Shown piece after piece: positions 8,728 through 16,803 of a stretch of 57,384 nucleotides of DNA. The position numbers and the translations under genes were made by a program. Position 1 is the first letter of the stretch. Every line of letters begins with the position of its first letter. This DNA is from a virus (lineage: Duplodnaviria; Caudoviricetes). The stretch is taken from IMG/VR virus record IMGVR_UViG_3300049596_000539, positions 1 to 57,384 of that record. The stretch is one strand, 5' to 3'. Below the pieces are notes generated by a model that saw nothing but the letters and a program-made list of their open reading frames with translations, searched no databases and was not told the origin of the DNA.

Positions 8728-9944
8728 CAGAACTCGTCGCCCCAGCCGTTACCCTGCCACCCACCGGCTACGTTTGCGTTCGGCCACTGAGCCTTAACCG
8801 CGGCGTGAACAGCCTCAACACAAGCCTTATCCGCTACGGGGGCGTTGTGCTTGCCCAAAAGCTGACGAATGTCGCCGTTCTTCGGGTTGATTTCCATGTT
8901 ACCGAGGAGAGTAGAGCCCTGGTAAACACCGTAGAGAAGTGAAGTTCCAGTGCTCGCAGCATACCCATACCCGCCGATGCAGTTATTCATGTCCTGGCCC
9001 CAGTCGATCAGGTCATACGTCGTACGCGGGGCAACAATTCGGTAGTCTCCGTACTCTCCAGCGAGTGCCTTCCCGCGCTTCCTGTAGGCCACGGGTACTT
9101 CGGGCTCTCGGAGCTTACGCTGATCCCGGCTAAGAGCGTCGTGGAGTTCCTTAAAGGAGGTGAACTGAATATCCTCCAAGGCATAATCCAGCTTCTGCGC
9201 GCGGATAAGTTGGAAAGACCGAATAGAGTCGTGAAGCCCATACAGGGTTCCATCCGTTGTTACAAGGCGGCGCAACTGCTTTGTGTTGGCAGTACGAAGC
9301 ATTCTGCGAAGCACGGGGTAACTTACTCCAGAATTATTACCTGGATTGAATTCCCGAGCAACGGACGGCAACCAGTCCACGAGCCAGTCTGTAGGTACGA
9401 GTCCGGAAAGAGAGCGGGCGGCACTAATTGCTGCGGCAGTAGAAACGTTAGGAGCGTATTCGAATACACCACCTACCGCCCGGACAAGATCCTTCCGAGT
9501 GTGGCGTACTCCGAAAAGACTCTTCGTGAACGTCGTGGCGTCTGAATGGCGAAGGTGTGCGGTGATCCCCGGTAGCGCATAGCAATTCACCGACAAGGGG
9601 TACTCGCGCCGAAAAACCGCATTAGGCTCCTCTCCGCGGGCGGAAAGAAATGCCTCCTTTATGCTTTTCGGAGTCCAAAAGGAGGGCTCAGTCAAAACCC
9701 CCGCGGTAACATCGTTGAAGTGACGCTGACCACGGATTCGGTATGCGTGGTAGACCCGGAGGCGGTCGTTACGCTTCCAAGAAAAGATCGTGGAGTCTAG
9801 GTTCTCAAAGCGGGAGTAGGTCTTGCCGCTGTGTCGGTTTACACCCTTCACTTGCTTTGACTGAGAACGCGCAATTACGTCGTCCTTGACGGTCAGGGTC
9901 TCCCATAGTCCCCCGCCTTTCTCAGTCACCGTTACGTTATTCAT
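8727..9944 (-). CDS. PcfJ-like domain protein
   Basis: ELHD..S and P.T..DL..WG..MNNCIGGY...EI...IRQ..G..N pattern typical of the PcfJ family. Confidence 0.7.
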   Translation of the reverse strand: MNNVTVTEKGGGLWETLTVKDDVIARSQSKQVKGVNRHSGKTYSRFENLDSTIFSWKRNDRLRVYHAYRIRGQRHFNDVTAGVLTEPSFWTPKSIKEAFLSARGEEPNAVFRREYPLSVNCYALPGITAHLRHSDATTFTKSLFGVRHTRKDLVRAVGGVFEYAPNVSTAAAISAARSLSGLVPTDWLVDWLPSVAREFNPGNNSGVSYPVLRRMLRTANTKQLRRLVTTDGTLYGLHDSIRSFQLIRAQKLDYALEDIQFTSFKELHDALSRDQRKLREPEVPVAYRKRGKALAGEYGDYRIVAPRTTYDLIDWGQDMNNCIGGYGYAASTGTSLLYGVYQGSTLLGNMEINPKNGDIRQLLGKHNAPVADKACVEAVHAAVKAQWPNANVAGGWQGNGWGDEF

Positions 9945-10254
9945 TGGTCTCCTCCGGTTCAATCACAGTGTACCCACGAGACCGAAGGATGTCAACTACC
10001 GAAGTCAAAAGGATCTTATCTTCAATAGCCCAAGCCTTCGAGGTTAGATCAGAAACCGTCTCTTGCATCTTTAGAGTGATGGCATCATTTTCCTTGTTTA
10101 CCAGCGTCTCAAAAGCCCACTCAGGCCGCTTGATGACATATTCCCAGCCCGTATCCGTCTTGAAGCATCCCCACTCGCCTGAGAACTTAGGCTCTTCCCG
10201 CCACATCTTGTGCGGTCCCTCGGAAATGAATCCGCCGTTGTGTCGCTCACTCAC
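9937..10254 (-). CDS. Hypothetical protein
   Basis: GGAGG RBS, packed operon. Confidence 0.55.
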   Translation of the reverse strand: MSERHNGGFISEGPHKMWREEPKFSGEWGCFKTDTGWEYVIKRPEWAFETLVNKENDAITLKMQETVSDLTSKAWAIEDKILLTSVVDILRSRGYTVIEPEETNE

Positions 10255-10400
10255 CCGAAACCTCCCGAATCGCCAAGCCTAGTTCCCGCGCTACTCGAAC
10301 GGGGATAACGATGCCGTCACGGGACTCGACACCGATGCGAATGTAAACGCCGCGATCATCCCTTGCGATATGCCAAAAACCGTCGTCGGCTCTCCGTACT

Positions 10401-10643
10401 TCAGTCATTGCCCGCCGACGTAATCATAACCGGATACGCGTTGCGGTGATAGGGCTCCATCACAAGGATATGGAAGTGTCGCAGATATCGGCCATCGCGG
10501 ACCAACATCTTCTCAACCGCCGTGTAAATGCTTAGCTCATCGTAAAAGTCCGACATGTCGTGAGCCTCAGTCATGTACCACTTACCAGACTCTTTGAAGT
10601 AGTCCACCCGAACCATGCCGGGGTTGTCGTTGTAGTGTGTCAT
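10401..10643 (-). CDS. Hypothetical protein (leaderless)
   Basis: ATG lies 6 nt after the -10 of the promoter at 10650-10678. Confidence 0.6.
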   Translation of the reverse strand: MTHYNDNPGMVRVDYFKESGKWYMTEAHDMSDFYDELSIYTAVEKMLVRDGRYLRHFHILVMEPYHRNAYPVMITSAGND

Positions 10644-10674
10644 AACTCGATCCTCTCATGCGCTTCAGAAAAAG

Positions 10675-13080
10675 TCAACTACCCGACCCGTTCAAACTAT
10701 ACGTCGTCGTCCCATCCTTGCGGTCTGGGTTAATGCGCCCGGAGTTTACCAGGAAGCTGATCCGGTCGTCAAGCTCTCTCGGGCTTCGCTGAATCATTGC
10801 CCGGAAGCGGTGGAGGAGCTTCGTGGCCGTTACCGAACCACCTTGAGTGCGGATATAAGCCTCAATCTCGTTGGCAGAACGGCTGAACTCAGACTCAGAG
10901 GTTTCTTCAACCACCCGGAGGAAGTTGTAGAACCAATCCGTCCCGTACCAAATCGCAATGAGTGCATCGGTTTCTGTGAACTGCGTGCGTCCATCGTAGA
11001 GAGCCGTGAGAGCCGCACACTTGACCAGGGTTTCCGTCAGGCGGGTAAGAGGGCCTTGCAGAACGTCGTATCGCTCATGGGACCGGCACATAGCATCGTA
11101 AGCCAGAGCCGCCTTACTGAGACGCGCCCAGCCCTCATCCGTTGCCCCCACAACCGTTTCGCCCGGGAACATGTACGCGGTGTACAACAGATCCGATGCC
11201 AGATCAAACACCGCGGGGTGCGTGCGGGTGCGTGCGTCCACCTCAGTAGGACCCAGGTTAAAGCGCTCTTCATCCCCTTCATCCCGATCCGGTGCCCACG
11301 TCCAGTTCACACGGCTCATGAAGCCTGATTCGAACATCCCTGTTGTGACAAGGCTCAGCAACTTATCCGGAGTAGCCGACATGTTCAGCCCGAAAGAGGT
11401 TGTCGCTCTCTTCCCTCGGATTTCTTTGGGCAACCGGACCTTGTTGGAGGGCTCCACATCGCCGTCGTAGAACCTAGAGAAGTGGTGCTCAAGGGTTTTC
11501 ATCCACTGACTGTCGTGAAGGTCGCTGAAGAAAGACGCCGCTTCGTCGTGGTGGATCATGCTCGCCAGGCCATCCCGCATCAGCAACTCTTCGTGAATCG
11601 CCGTGGGAGATGAGGAAGCACCCACGTTGTAATAGCCCTGCTCGTCGTACGCCACGATGTCTAGAAGTGAGCGGAGAAACTTCATCGAACTGGTTTTTCC
11701 CGTCCCCGTCCCGCCCATCTCAATGAACCACAAATTAATCCCCAGCCCGTTATAGGCCAGGACAACCTTCGTCCCAAATGCCATACTCAAAGCCGTCCAC
11801 GCAGCGGGAACATCGTACGCCGGAACAGAGAAGCCCTTCTTAAGTGATGCCTCAAGGTATTCGTCAATGAACGTGCGAGTCCTCTTGACGACAGTTACCT
11901 CTTCGTCGGTGAGGAAGGCGTGTGTTCCGTGTTCCACCGTATCCGGAATCTGTACTTTTGTGGAACGGTCGGGAAGCGAGGGGTTCTCCCGGATCGGTTC
12001 TGGCTTTGACCTAGCAGATAGCACCCGTTCATGAACGAACTCCAGGCTCCACTCGCGGGAAATATCCCTGGTCCTAGGTGAATTCCAAAGAACAGAGGTT
12101 ACGAAAAGGTCATCATCTGTAGCGCGCTGAAGCTCCCGCAGTAAGGCACTAAACTCCGCCTTGCCCCCGGGCGCTCCGGTAAGGAGGTTGTCGGGGACGG
12201 ATGCAGGGACTTTGTTGATGTCATAGGCGGGGAGGCTTTTTCGTAGCTCAATAGAGTCACCGTATCGCTCAATGCCCGATGACAGCGCTTCATGAAACTT
12301 CCACTCCCACCGATCTTCCGGCGTGGTGTGCCCTCCGGGGTCACGGGAAAGCCAAGCATCCTCAAGTGCCGACAGCAGTTCCGGCACGCCTGTTGCGGCC
12401 TCAGCACCCAGCCGGATAGCTTCGTAGGTGGCCGACACCATTTCCTGATGCGACATATCGTTATTGACGCGCTCTATTGCCCGGCGGACAGCGACGTTCG
12501 GGGGACCAACTTCAAGTGTGTCGTACCACTCTTTCAGCCCACCTGAAAATGACTCGGAGGACTTTACGGTTTTTTCATCCAGCATCCACTCAGGCGCCGG
12601 TGAGAACTCTTCACGACTCTTCGGAACATCGCCGTTCCATAGTACCCAAGAGGACCCGGCGCGGATGTCTACGCCCTGCATCCCCCGGTAGTTAGTCGCG
12701 GGAGCCAGGTTCTTTCCCTCGGGTGCTGTGTAGATGAGGTGCGTTCCGCCAGAGGGGGTCTCATAGCTGAACGTGCTCGGGATCTCGTACCAGGATTTCT
12801 CCAGAGAATCCCAACCCGACTTGCCGTTCTTCTCGTCTACGTCTAGCCCAATAAGCCCGGCGGCTCCCAGGTACGCACCGACTCGTGCGGACTTGTTCTC
12901 AGTGAACCAATCCTCGACAAGACCGGGGTCAAGGGATGCTTCGAGATGGCCGTTCTTGTGGCCCCACGGCTCCTTAACGCCTTCTGACGTAATGCGCGCT
13001 TTAAACACGGGAATGCCCAGTGCTACAAGCCCCCGGGCGATATCAACCGAACGGTGTTCCATAGGTAGTTCGGTCTTCAA
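10675..13080 (-). CDS. Bifunctional primase-polymerase fused to a helicase/ATPase domain
   Basis: Prim-Pol motifs LDVD, TPSGGTH, GVDIRA; Walker A GGTGTGKT; HHDE Walker B; DUF3987-like C-terminus. Confidence 0.9.
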   Translation of the reverse strand: MKTELPMEHRSVDIARGLVALGIPVFKARITSEGVKEPWGHKNGHLEASLDPGLVEDWFTENKSARVGAYLGAAGLIGLDVDEKNGKSGWDSLEKSWYEIPSTFSYETPSGGTHLIYTAPEGKNLAPATNYRGMQGVDIRAGSSWVLWNGDVPKSREEFSPAPEWMLDEKTVKSSESFSGGLKEWYDTLEVGPPNVAVRRAIERVNNDMSHQEMVSATYEAIRLGAEAATGVPELLSALEDAWLSRDPGGHTTPEDRWEWKFHEALSSGIERYGDSIELRKSLPAYDINKVPASVPDNLLTGAPGGKAEFSALLRELQRATDDDLFVTSVLWNSPRTRDISREWSLEFVHERVLSARSKPEPIRENPSLPDRSTKVQIPDTVEHGTHAFLTDEEVTVVKRTRTFIDEYLEASLKKGFSVPAYDVPAAWTALSMAFGTKVVLAYNGLGINLWFIEMGGTGTGKTSSMKFLRSLLDIVAYDEQGYYNVGASSSPTAIHEELLMRDGLASMIHHDEAASFFSDLHDSQWMKTLEHHFSRFYDGDVEPSNKVRLPKEIRGKRATTSFGLNMSATPDKLLSLVTTGMFESGFMSRVNWTWAPDRDEGDEERFNLGPTEVDARTRTHPAVFDLASDLLYTAYMFPGETVVGATDEGWARLSKAALAYDAMCRSHERYDVLQGPLTRLTETLVKCAALTALYDGRTQFTETDALIAIWYGTDWFYNFLRVVEETSESEFSRSANEIEAYIRTQGGSVTATKLLHRFRAMIQRSPRELDDRISFLVNSGRINPDRKDGTTTYSLNGSGS

Positions 13081-13160
13081 GCTGTGCTCCCTCGTCCTCG
13101 AATATCAGTCTATCGCGTCTCCCCGTACGCCTCAATAAATTTCACATCAGTTTCGTAAAC

Positions 13161-13240
13161 GCGCAACGGGGAGGATTCGAACCTCAAACCAAATTAACCA
13201 GTGCCACTGGCGTTGCCACCCCTCGATCATTCCCGCTTGC
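13161..13240 (-). ncRNA. Degenerate tRNA-like element
   Basis: T arm GAGG-UUCGAAU-CCUC; bulged acceptor GCAA(G)CGG/CCGUUGC; CCAGU-GGC-ACUGG hairpin; no canonical D stem. Confidence 0.45.
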
Positions 13241-13275
13241 ATACGGCTACGGCTTGGAGATGAGGATTCTCCGCG

Positions 13276-13355
13276 TGGAAGTGGGGCGGATCGAACGCCC
13301 GTCTTGCAGAGTCCAACTTGTGGTTTTGTTCTGCAATCGACACCATTTCACTCCC
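13276..13355 (-). ncRNA. Mini-tmRNA: tRNA-like domain only, no tag ORF
   Basis: Acceptor GGGAGUG/CACUUCC-A with G3-U70; stemless D loop AAAUGGUGUCGA; helix 2a UUGCAGA/UCUGCAA closed by a 19-nt loop; GAC linker; T arm GGGCG-UUCGAUC-CGCCC. Confidence 0.85.
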
Positions 13356-13358
13356 GTA

Positions 13359-13404
13359 CGTCAGATAGTTTTACAACCCGAGGGCCTTCGTCCTCCACCT
13401 GACG
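13359..13404 (-). ncRNA. Hairpin resembling 16S rRNA helix 16
   Basis: 10-bp closing stem CGUCAGGUGG/CUAUCUGACG carrying GAAGGCCCUCGGGUUGUAAA. Confidence 0.65.
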
Positions 13405-13411
13405 GGTGTTT

Positions 13412-13478
13412 CTTCTACACGCGACTCGGCAAGGTCGCAATATTCACCGATGTAGAAGCCGGGTTATCGCCTCCCGGG
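13412..13478 (-). ncRNA. Structured 5' segment of the ncRNA cluster
   Basis: Stems CCGGG/CCCGG, CUUCUACA/UGUAGAAG and GCGAC/GUCGC directly after the promoter. Confidence 0.45.
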
Positions 13479-13483
13479 TCTTT

Positions 13484-13493
13484 CAGTCTATCA
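13484..13493 (-). promoter_or_regulatory. Extended -10 promoter heading the ncRNA cluster
   Basis: TGA-TAGACT overlapping the ssb stop codon; same motif recurs genome-wide. Confidence 0.65.
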
Positions 13494-13790
13494 GAAAGGC
13501 TCCGATCCGTCATCCTCTGCGGTCTCGAACCGGGCGGAGTTCAGCACGATATCTGCCACCGCACGAGGCTCTCCGTCATCGGGCGTCCAGATGCGAGCCT
13601 TCACACCCGTAAGCCCGGATACGTTGCCCACAGCGCCCTCAGAGAGCCCGTGAGGCGCATCAAACCACGCCGTGTACTTGGCTGATCCTTCGCTACCGTC
13701 CTGTTTCTGGAACGTCTCCACGAACTCCGCTCCCTTGCCTTCGTAAAAGACTCGGGACACCTTTGCGTTTCGAATATAGGTCAATGCCAT
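13491..13790 (-). CDS. Single-stranded DNA-binding protein
   Basis: OB-fold-sized, acidic tail ending EPF, AAGGAGG RBS, located in the recombination module. Confidence 0.75.
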   Translation of the reverse strand: MALTYIRNAKVSRVFYEGKGAEFVETFQKQDGSEGSAKYTAWFDAPHGLSEGAVGNVSGLTGVKARIWTPDDGEPRAVADIVLNSARFETAEDDGSEPF

Positions 13791-13791
13791 T

Positions 13792-13977
13792 TTACTTCTC
13801 CTCCTTGTTGATGAGTTCACTAAGAATATACGCTACTGCGTCATTGAAGTCAAGTTGCTGATACGCCTTCATTGCGAAAGGCCGGTTATCAACGGCATCT
13901 GACAGCACACGAAGGGCCGCAGCCCGCTTGGCTTTCTTGCTCTTGTAGGCGTCCATGTAACTTACCATCAGTCCCAC
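13792..13977 (-). CDS. Small hypothetical protein
   Basis: AAGGAGA RBS, packed operon. Confidence 0.45.
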   Translation of the reverse strand: MGLMVSYMDAYKSKKAKRAAALRVLSDAVDNRPFAMKAYQQLDFNDAVAYILSELINKEEK

Positions 13978-14095
13978 GCCTCTCCTTCAATGCTAATCAG
14001 ATTCTCGACAGGCTCTCCCACGTCATCGTAAATGAAACGGCCAATCGCCGCAGGAAGGTCCCTTGCCTCCACGACAATGCTCACTCGGTACTTGC

Positions 14096-15016
14096 TCACG
14101 ATTCCTCCTTCTCAGCCATCTTCATAAGTCGCTGTCCCTTTCGAACCTGTAGCGCTCCTCGAAACATTTCCCAGCCCGCGTCAACCTTAGCAGAACTTAC
14201 CGGCTTCAGCGTGCAGAACGCATCTCGGCGTCCGGAAGGTAGCAGGTCCGTGGGCCGCAAGTGCAAGATCGCATACTCCGAGAATGCTGGAATAGGCTCC
14301 TCCCGCCAATACGACTTCCCGCCCTCCTTCGGCAATTCATACTCTACCGCACCTTCGGCCCCTTCCGCAACCTCTCGGATAATGGATTCTGCGGCTCCCA
14401 GGGCTGCAAGCTGTGCGTAGTGCTCCCCGCGCGTGTTCTTCGAGGTCTTAAGATCCACGAGAGTTGCAACGCCATCCACAATCCACAGGTGATCGAGAGT
14501 CCCAGCATACCCATCCCCGACAACCGTAACCTCTGTTTCCAGGACCGTTACTTCATGGCTGTTCCACCAATCCACGAACTCGGTAATCATCTCCTCTTGC
14601 TCAGGCCGGAAAATATCCTCCGGGAATAAATCATTGATGAAATCCGCTACCCAGTCGTGGGTCTTAGTCCCGAGGTTCGCCAGGTCATCGAGTACGCCTG
14701 CGGAATAGTCGTGCGGGTCGGTTTCCGGGTTATCGAAGTCGAACTTCCGCTTGTGATACCACCGCCCCATGTGGTAGGTCTGTTCAGCCGTCCGGTTCAG
14801 CACCGCATCAATGTTGGCTGCATAAAAAGCACAGGTATTATCGACAGCCCACTGAACCACCCCGCCCTTTTCAATGGCCCCCAAAACCGTTGTGACGCCT
14901 GGGACCAAGAGCGGCTTTCCGTCTTCTCCTAGCCGTGTCGGGATGCGGTAACCGCTACCAGAGTAACCAGAGGCGGCGACACGAAGTTTGGGAGCCCAGC
15001 GGTCGTGAGTATCCAC
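14096..15016 (-). CDS. PD-(D/E)XK exonuclease (Cas4/RecE-like)
   Basis: PGVTTVL, GTKTH, E, YAGTLD, LVDLKTS and QLAA motifs; adjacent to ERF. Confidence 0.85.
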   Translation of the reverse strand: MDTHDRWAPKLRVAASGYSGSGYRIPTRLGEDGKPLLVPGVTTVLGAIEKGGVVQWAVDNTCAFYAANIDAVLNRTAEQTYHMGRWYHKRKFDFDNPETDPHDYSAGVLDDLANLGTKTHDWVADFINDLFPEDIFRPEQEEMITEFVDWWNSHEVTVLETEVTVVGDGYAGTLDHLWIVDGVATLVDLKTSKNTRGEHYAQLAALGAAESIIREVAEGAEGAVEYELPKEGGKSYWREEPIPAFSEYAILHLRPTDLLPSGRRDAFCTLKPVSSAKVDAGWEMFRGALQVRKGQRLMKMAEKEES

Positions 15017-15663
15017 TAGACCTTCTTCAGTTCGGGGATCTTCTTCTCTGCGATAACCGTCTCCCGAGCCTTCAGAGCGCTAGAGCCCTCCTTCTTCAAC
15101 TCTTCGATCCGGTCATTCACTTCCTTCTTCCGAGTTGCGTCCCCATCAATCCACACCCGGATACGGTCATTAGCCTCCGCCAACTCTCCCCGACCCGACG
15201 CCGGTACGGACGCCTGGTTTGTCGGCTGTGGGGGCTTAGGAGCGGCGTTGGCAATGGCGCGTTCAGCAGCACTCGGCTGTGACGCTGCGTTTCCGTCATC
15301 GTCCCCATCCGCAACCACTCCGGTGAGAGACGCCAAAGCATACCGCCGGTAATAACTGATCGCTGAACCAACCTTTTGCGGGTTAGTCTCGGTGATCGGG
15401 AACTGCATGCTCCGAGAAGTGCCGGATTCGTGCATAAGGTGGGCGTCCAGAATCATTACGCCGTTTTCCACGAAGGCCCCGGTTGAGAATGCAAGTCCGT
15501 GTTCGCTCAGCTTCGGCAAAACAATCGTGCTCATGTTCGCCAGCGTTGCAAACTTGCTCTTGAAATGCGGATTAATCGCATCCATGTCTACCCGGGGGGC
15601 ATCCGCCTGAAACGCTGCCAGTGCCTCAGTCAGAGAGCCGTACTTTTTCGTTGCGTTAACCAT
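15016..15663 (-). CDS. ERF family ssDNA-annealing protein
   Basis: NPHFKSKFATL, L.H.SG and Q..GSAISYYRRYAL...DDDGN motifs; AAGGAG RBS before ATG at 15663. Confidence 0.9.
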   Translation of the reverse strand: MVNATKKYGSLTEALAAFQADAPRVDMDAINPHFKSKFATLANMSTIVLPKLSEHGLAFSTGAFVENGVMILDAHLMHESGTSRSMQFPITETNPQKVGSAISYYRRYALASLTGVVADGDDDGNAASQPSAAERAIANAAPKPPQPTNQASVPASGRGELAEANDRIRVWIDGDATRKKEVNDRIEELKKEGSSALKARETVIAEKKIPELKKV

Positions 15664-16183
15664 TCGTTTTCTCCTTCTTAGATTTGTGATAGAAAAGTCG
15701 TTTGCATTCCCTGCATCCTCTGTAGCCGTTAGGGTAGAGGTACAGATTATCACCTGAGTAGGGGTGACCATGCGCGCAATGTGTCTTATGAGATTGTCGG
15801 TTGTAATCCTGCCCATTTCTAAGGGCGTCCTGAATGTTATCCTGTTGCGTGCCCCAAAGCAAGTTCTGCACTGAATTATTGTCTTTGTCGTCATCCCAAT
15901 GCCGAACAACGGGATAACCATTTGGATTCGGGATAAATGCTCTGGCCACTAGGCGGTGAATCTCTCGGGACATCTGATTCCCGTCCTTGTGCAAACTCAC
16001 GCGGTAATGCCCTTTAGAGCCCTTGTTCGGCTTCAGAACTCGGCCCCTCCAAAGAACCTTTTGCCCCGACCGCCGCAAGACATAGTGATCGTAACTCCGA
16101 ACACGACCCAAATTGGAGACTTCATAGAGGCCCTCATAACCCACAACCGGTAGCCATTCCTCTAGATCATTCACGCTACCCAT
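15656..16183 (-). CDS. NUMOD4-HNH homing endonuclease
   Basis: EEWLPVVGYEGLYEVSNLGRVRS (NUMOD4); HRLVA.AF...H.D.DK.NN...NL.W; C-terminal KTHC..GH...C.EC. Confidence 0.92.
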   Translation of the reverse strand: MGSVNDLEEWLPVVGYEGLYEVSNLGRVRSYDHYVLRRSGQKVLWRGRVLKPNKGSKGHYRVSLHKDGNQMSREIHRLVARAFIPNPNGYPVVRHWDDDKDNNSVQNLLWGTQQDNIQDALRNGQDYNRQSHKTHCAHGHPYSGDNLYLYPNGYRGCRECKRLFYHKSKKEKTNG

Positions 16184-16250
16184 CAAGCGTTACCGCCGGA
16201 AGGTCTGCCTGAAAGGCGGCGAGTGCCTTGGTGAGTGCGTTTTCTGTCAT
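16176..16250 (-). pseudogene. Orphaned 5' fragment of the ERF gene (24 aa)
   Basis: MTENALTKALAAFQADLPAVTLDG* aligns with the ERF N-terminus LTEALAAFQADAPRVDMD; GGGAG RBS. Confidence 0.8.
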
Positions 16251-16462
16251 TATTTCTCTCCCTGTGAGTCGATCCAACGCTGCAAAAGCGTGTCTAGTTC
16301 TTCGTTGGCAAGTTTGTATACGTCGTCTAGGAAATCTGCGTTCCCTTCAATCTCCGCGCTTACCTCGCTGTGAGATATCCCCTCAGAGAAAAAGTCTAGC
16401 ACGACAATACGAACCGCCTCTGCTAGGGCTTCGTCATAAATTTCCTCTGCCGTCTTAGTCAT
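16250..16462 (-). CDS. Hypothetical acidic protein
   Basis: Packed operon. Confidence 0.55.
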   Translation of the reverse strand: MTKTAEEIYDEALAEAVRIVVLDFFSEGISHSEVSAEIEGNADFLDDVYKLANEELDTLLQRWIDSQGEK

Positions 16463-16803
16463 CAGTCAATCCCCTGCCCTTCGGGCGATTCGCCCATCTC
16501 CGCGATAAAGTCCGCAATCTCTTCCTCCGTGATCGGATCATCCGCGTCATAGTCTACCGCGTCGTGATCGTGGCTCGGGTCGGTGCAATCCAGATCGGTC
16601 GTCGGGATGTAGAAACCGGCGAGTGCGTACTGCCCCAGCATATCCAGGGCTGTTGCAATCGTAGGCTCCTCCGCGTTATCCGGGTAAGCAATCATAGCCC
16701 CGATCCCTGAAACAACCTGATCATGTGGTGCGTGGTGGAGTGCGTGAATGAACAACCAATTATGGCTATAGATCCCGTAGTGGTCCGGGTCAAGACTTTC
16801 CAT
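16462..16803 (-). CDS. Hypothetical acidic protein
   Basis: GAGGGAG RBS, MESLDPDH start. Confidence 0.55.
   Translation of the reverse strand: MESLDPDHYGIYSHNWLFIHALHHAPHDQVVSGIGAMIAYPDNAEEPTIATALDMLGQYALAGFYIPTTDLDCTDPSHDHDAVDYDADDPITEEEIADFIAEMGESPEGQGID

Noticed and set aside
13276-13303. attP remnant for integration into host ssrA
   Set aside because: Both 5' and 3' halves are present with compensated pairing and no integrase was recognised; att cores normally carry only one end
13276-13355. Ordinary tRNA-Ala gene
   Set aside because: No D stem, no 7-nt anticodon loop and a 3-nt GAC linker; these are tmRNA TLD features
13359-13478. rRNA gene fragment or contamination, including short 16S-like words (CGGGAGGC, GAAUAUUGC, CGCGUGUA)
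   Set aside because: The short matches have wrong spacing and could be chance; only the 20-nt helix-16 core was kept, and its flanks are not rRNA
13254-13685. + strand 143-aa ORF over the RNA cluster
   Set aside because: Antisense to ssb and to the whole arm, with no recognisable motif or RBS
14096-15016. CRISPR-associated Cas4
   Set aside because: No array or other cas genes; sits with ERF and SSB as a recombination exonuclease
15664-15921. Extended ERF N-terminus from the ORF track
   Set aside because: Overlaps the HNH gene; RBS and homology start at 15663
15656-16250. Group I intron carrying the HNH
   Set aside because: No room for a ribozyme core (ORFs abut on both sides) and ERF has its own RBS and start downstream
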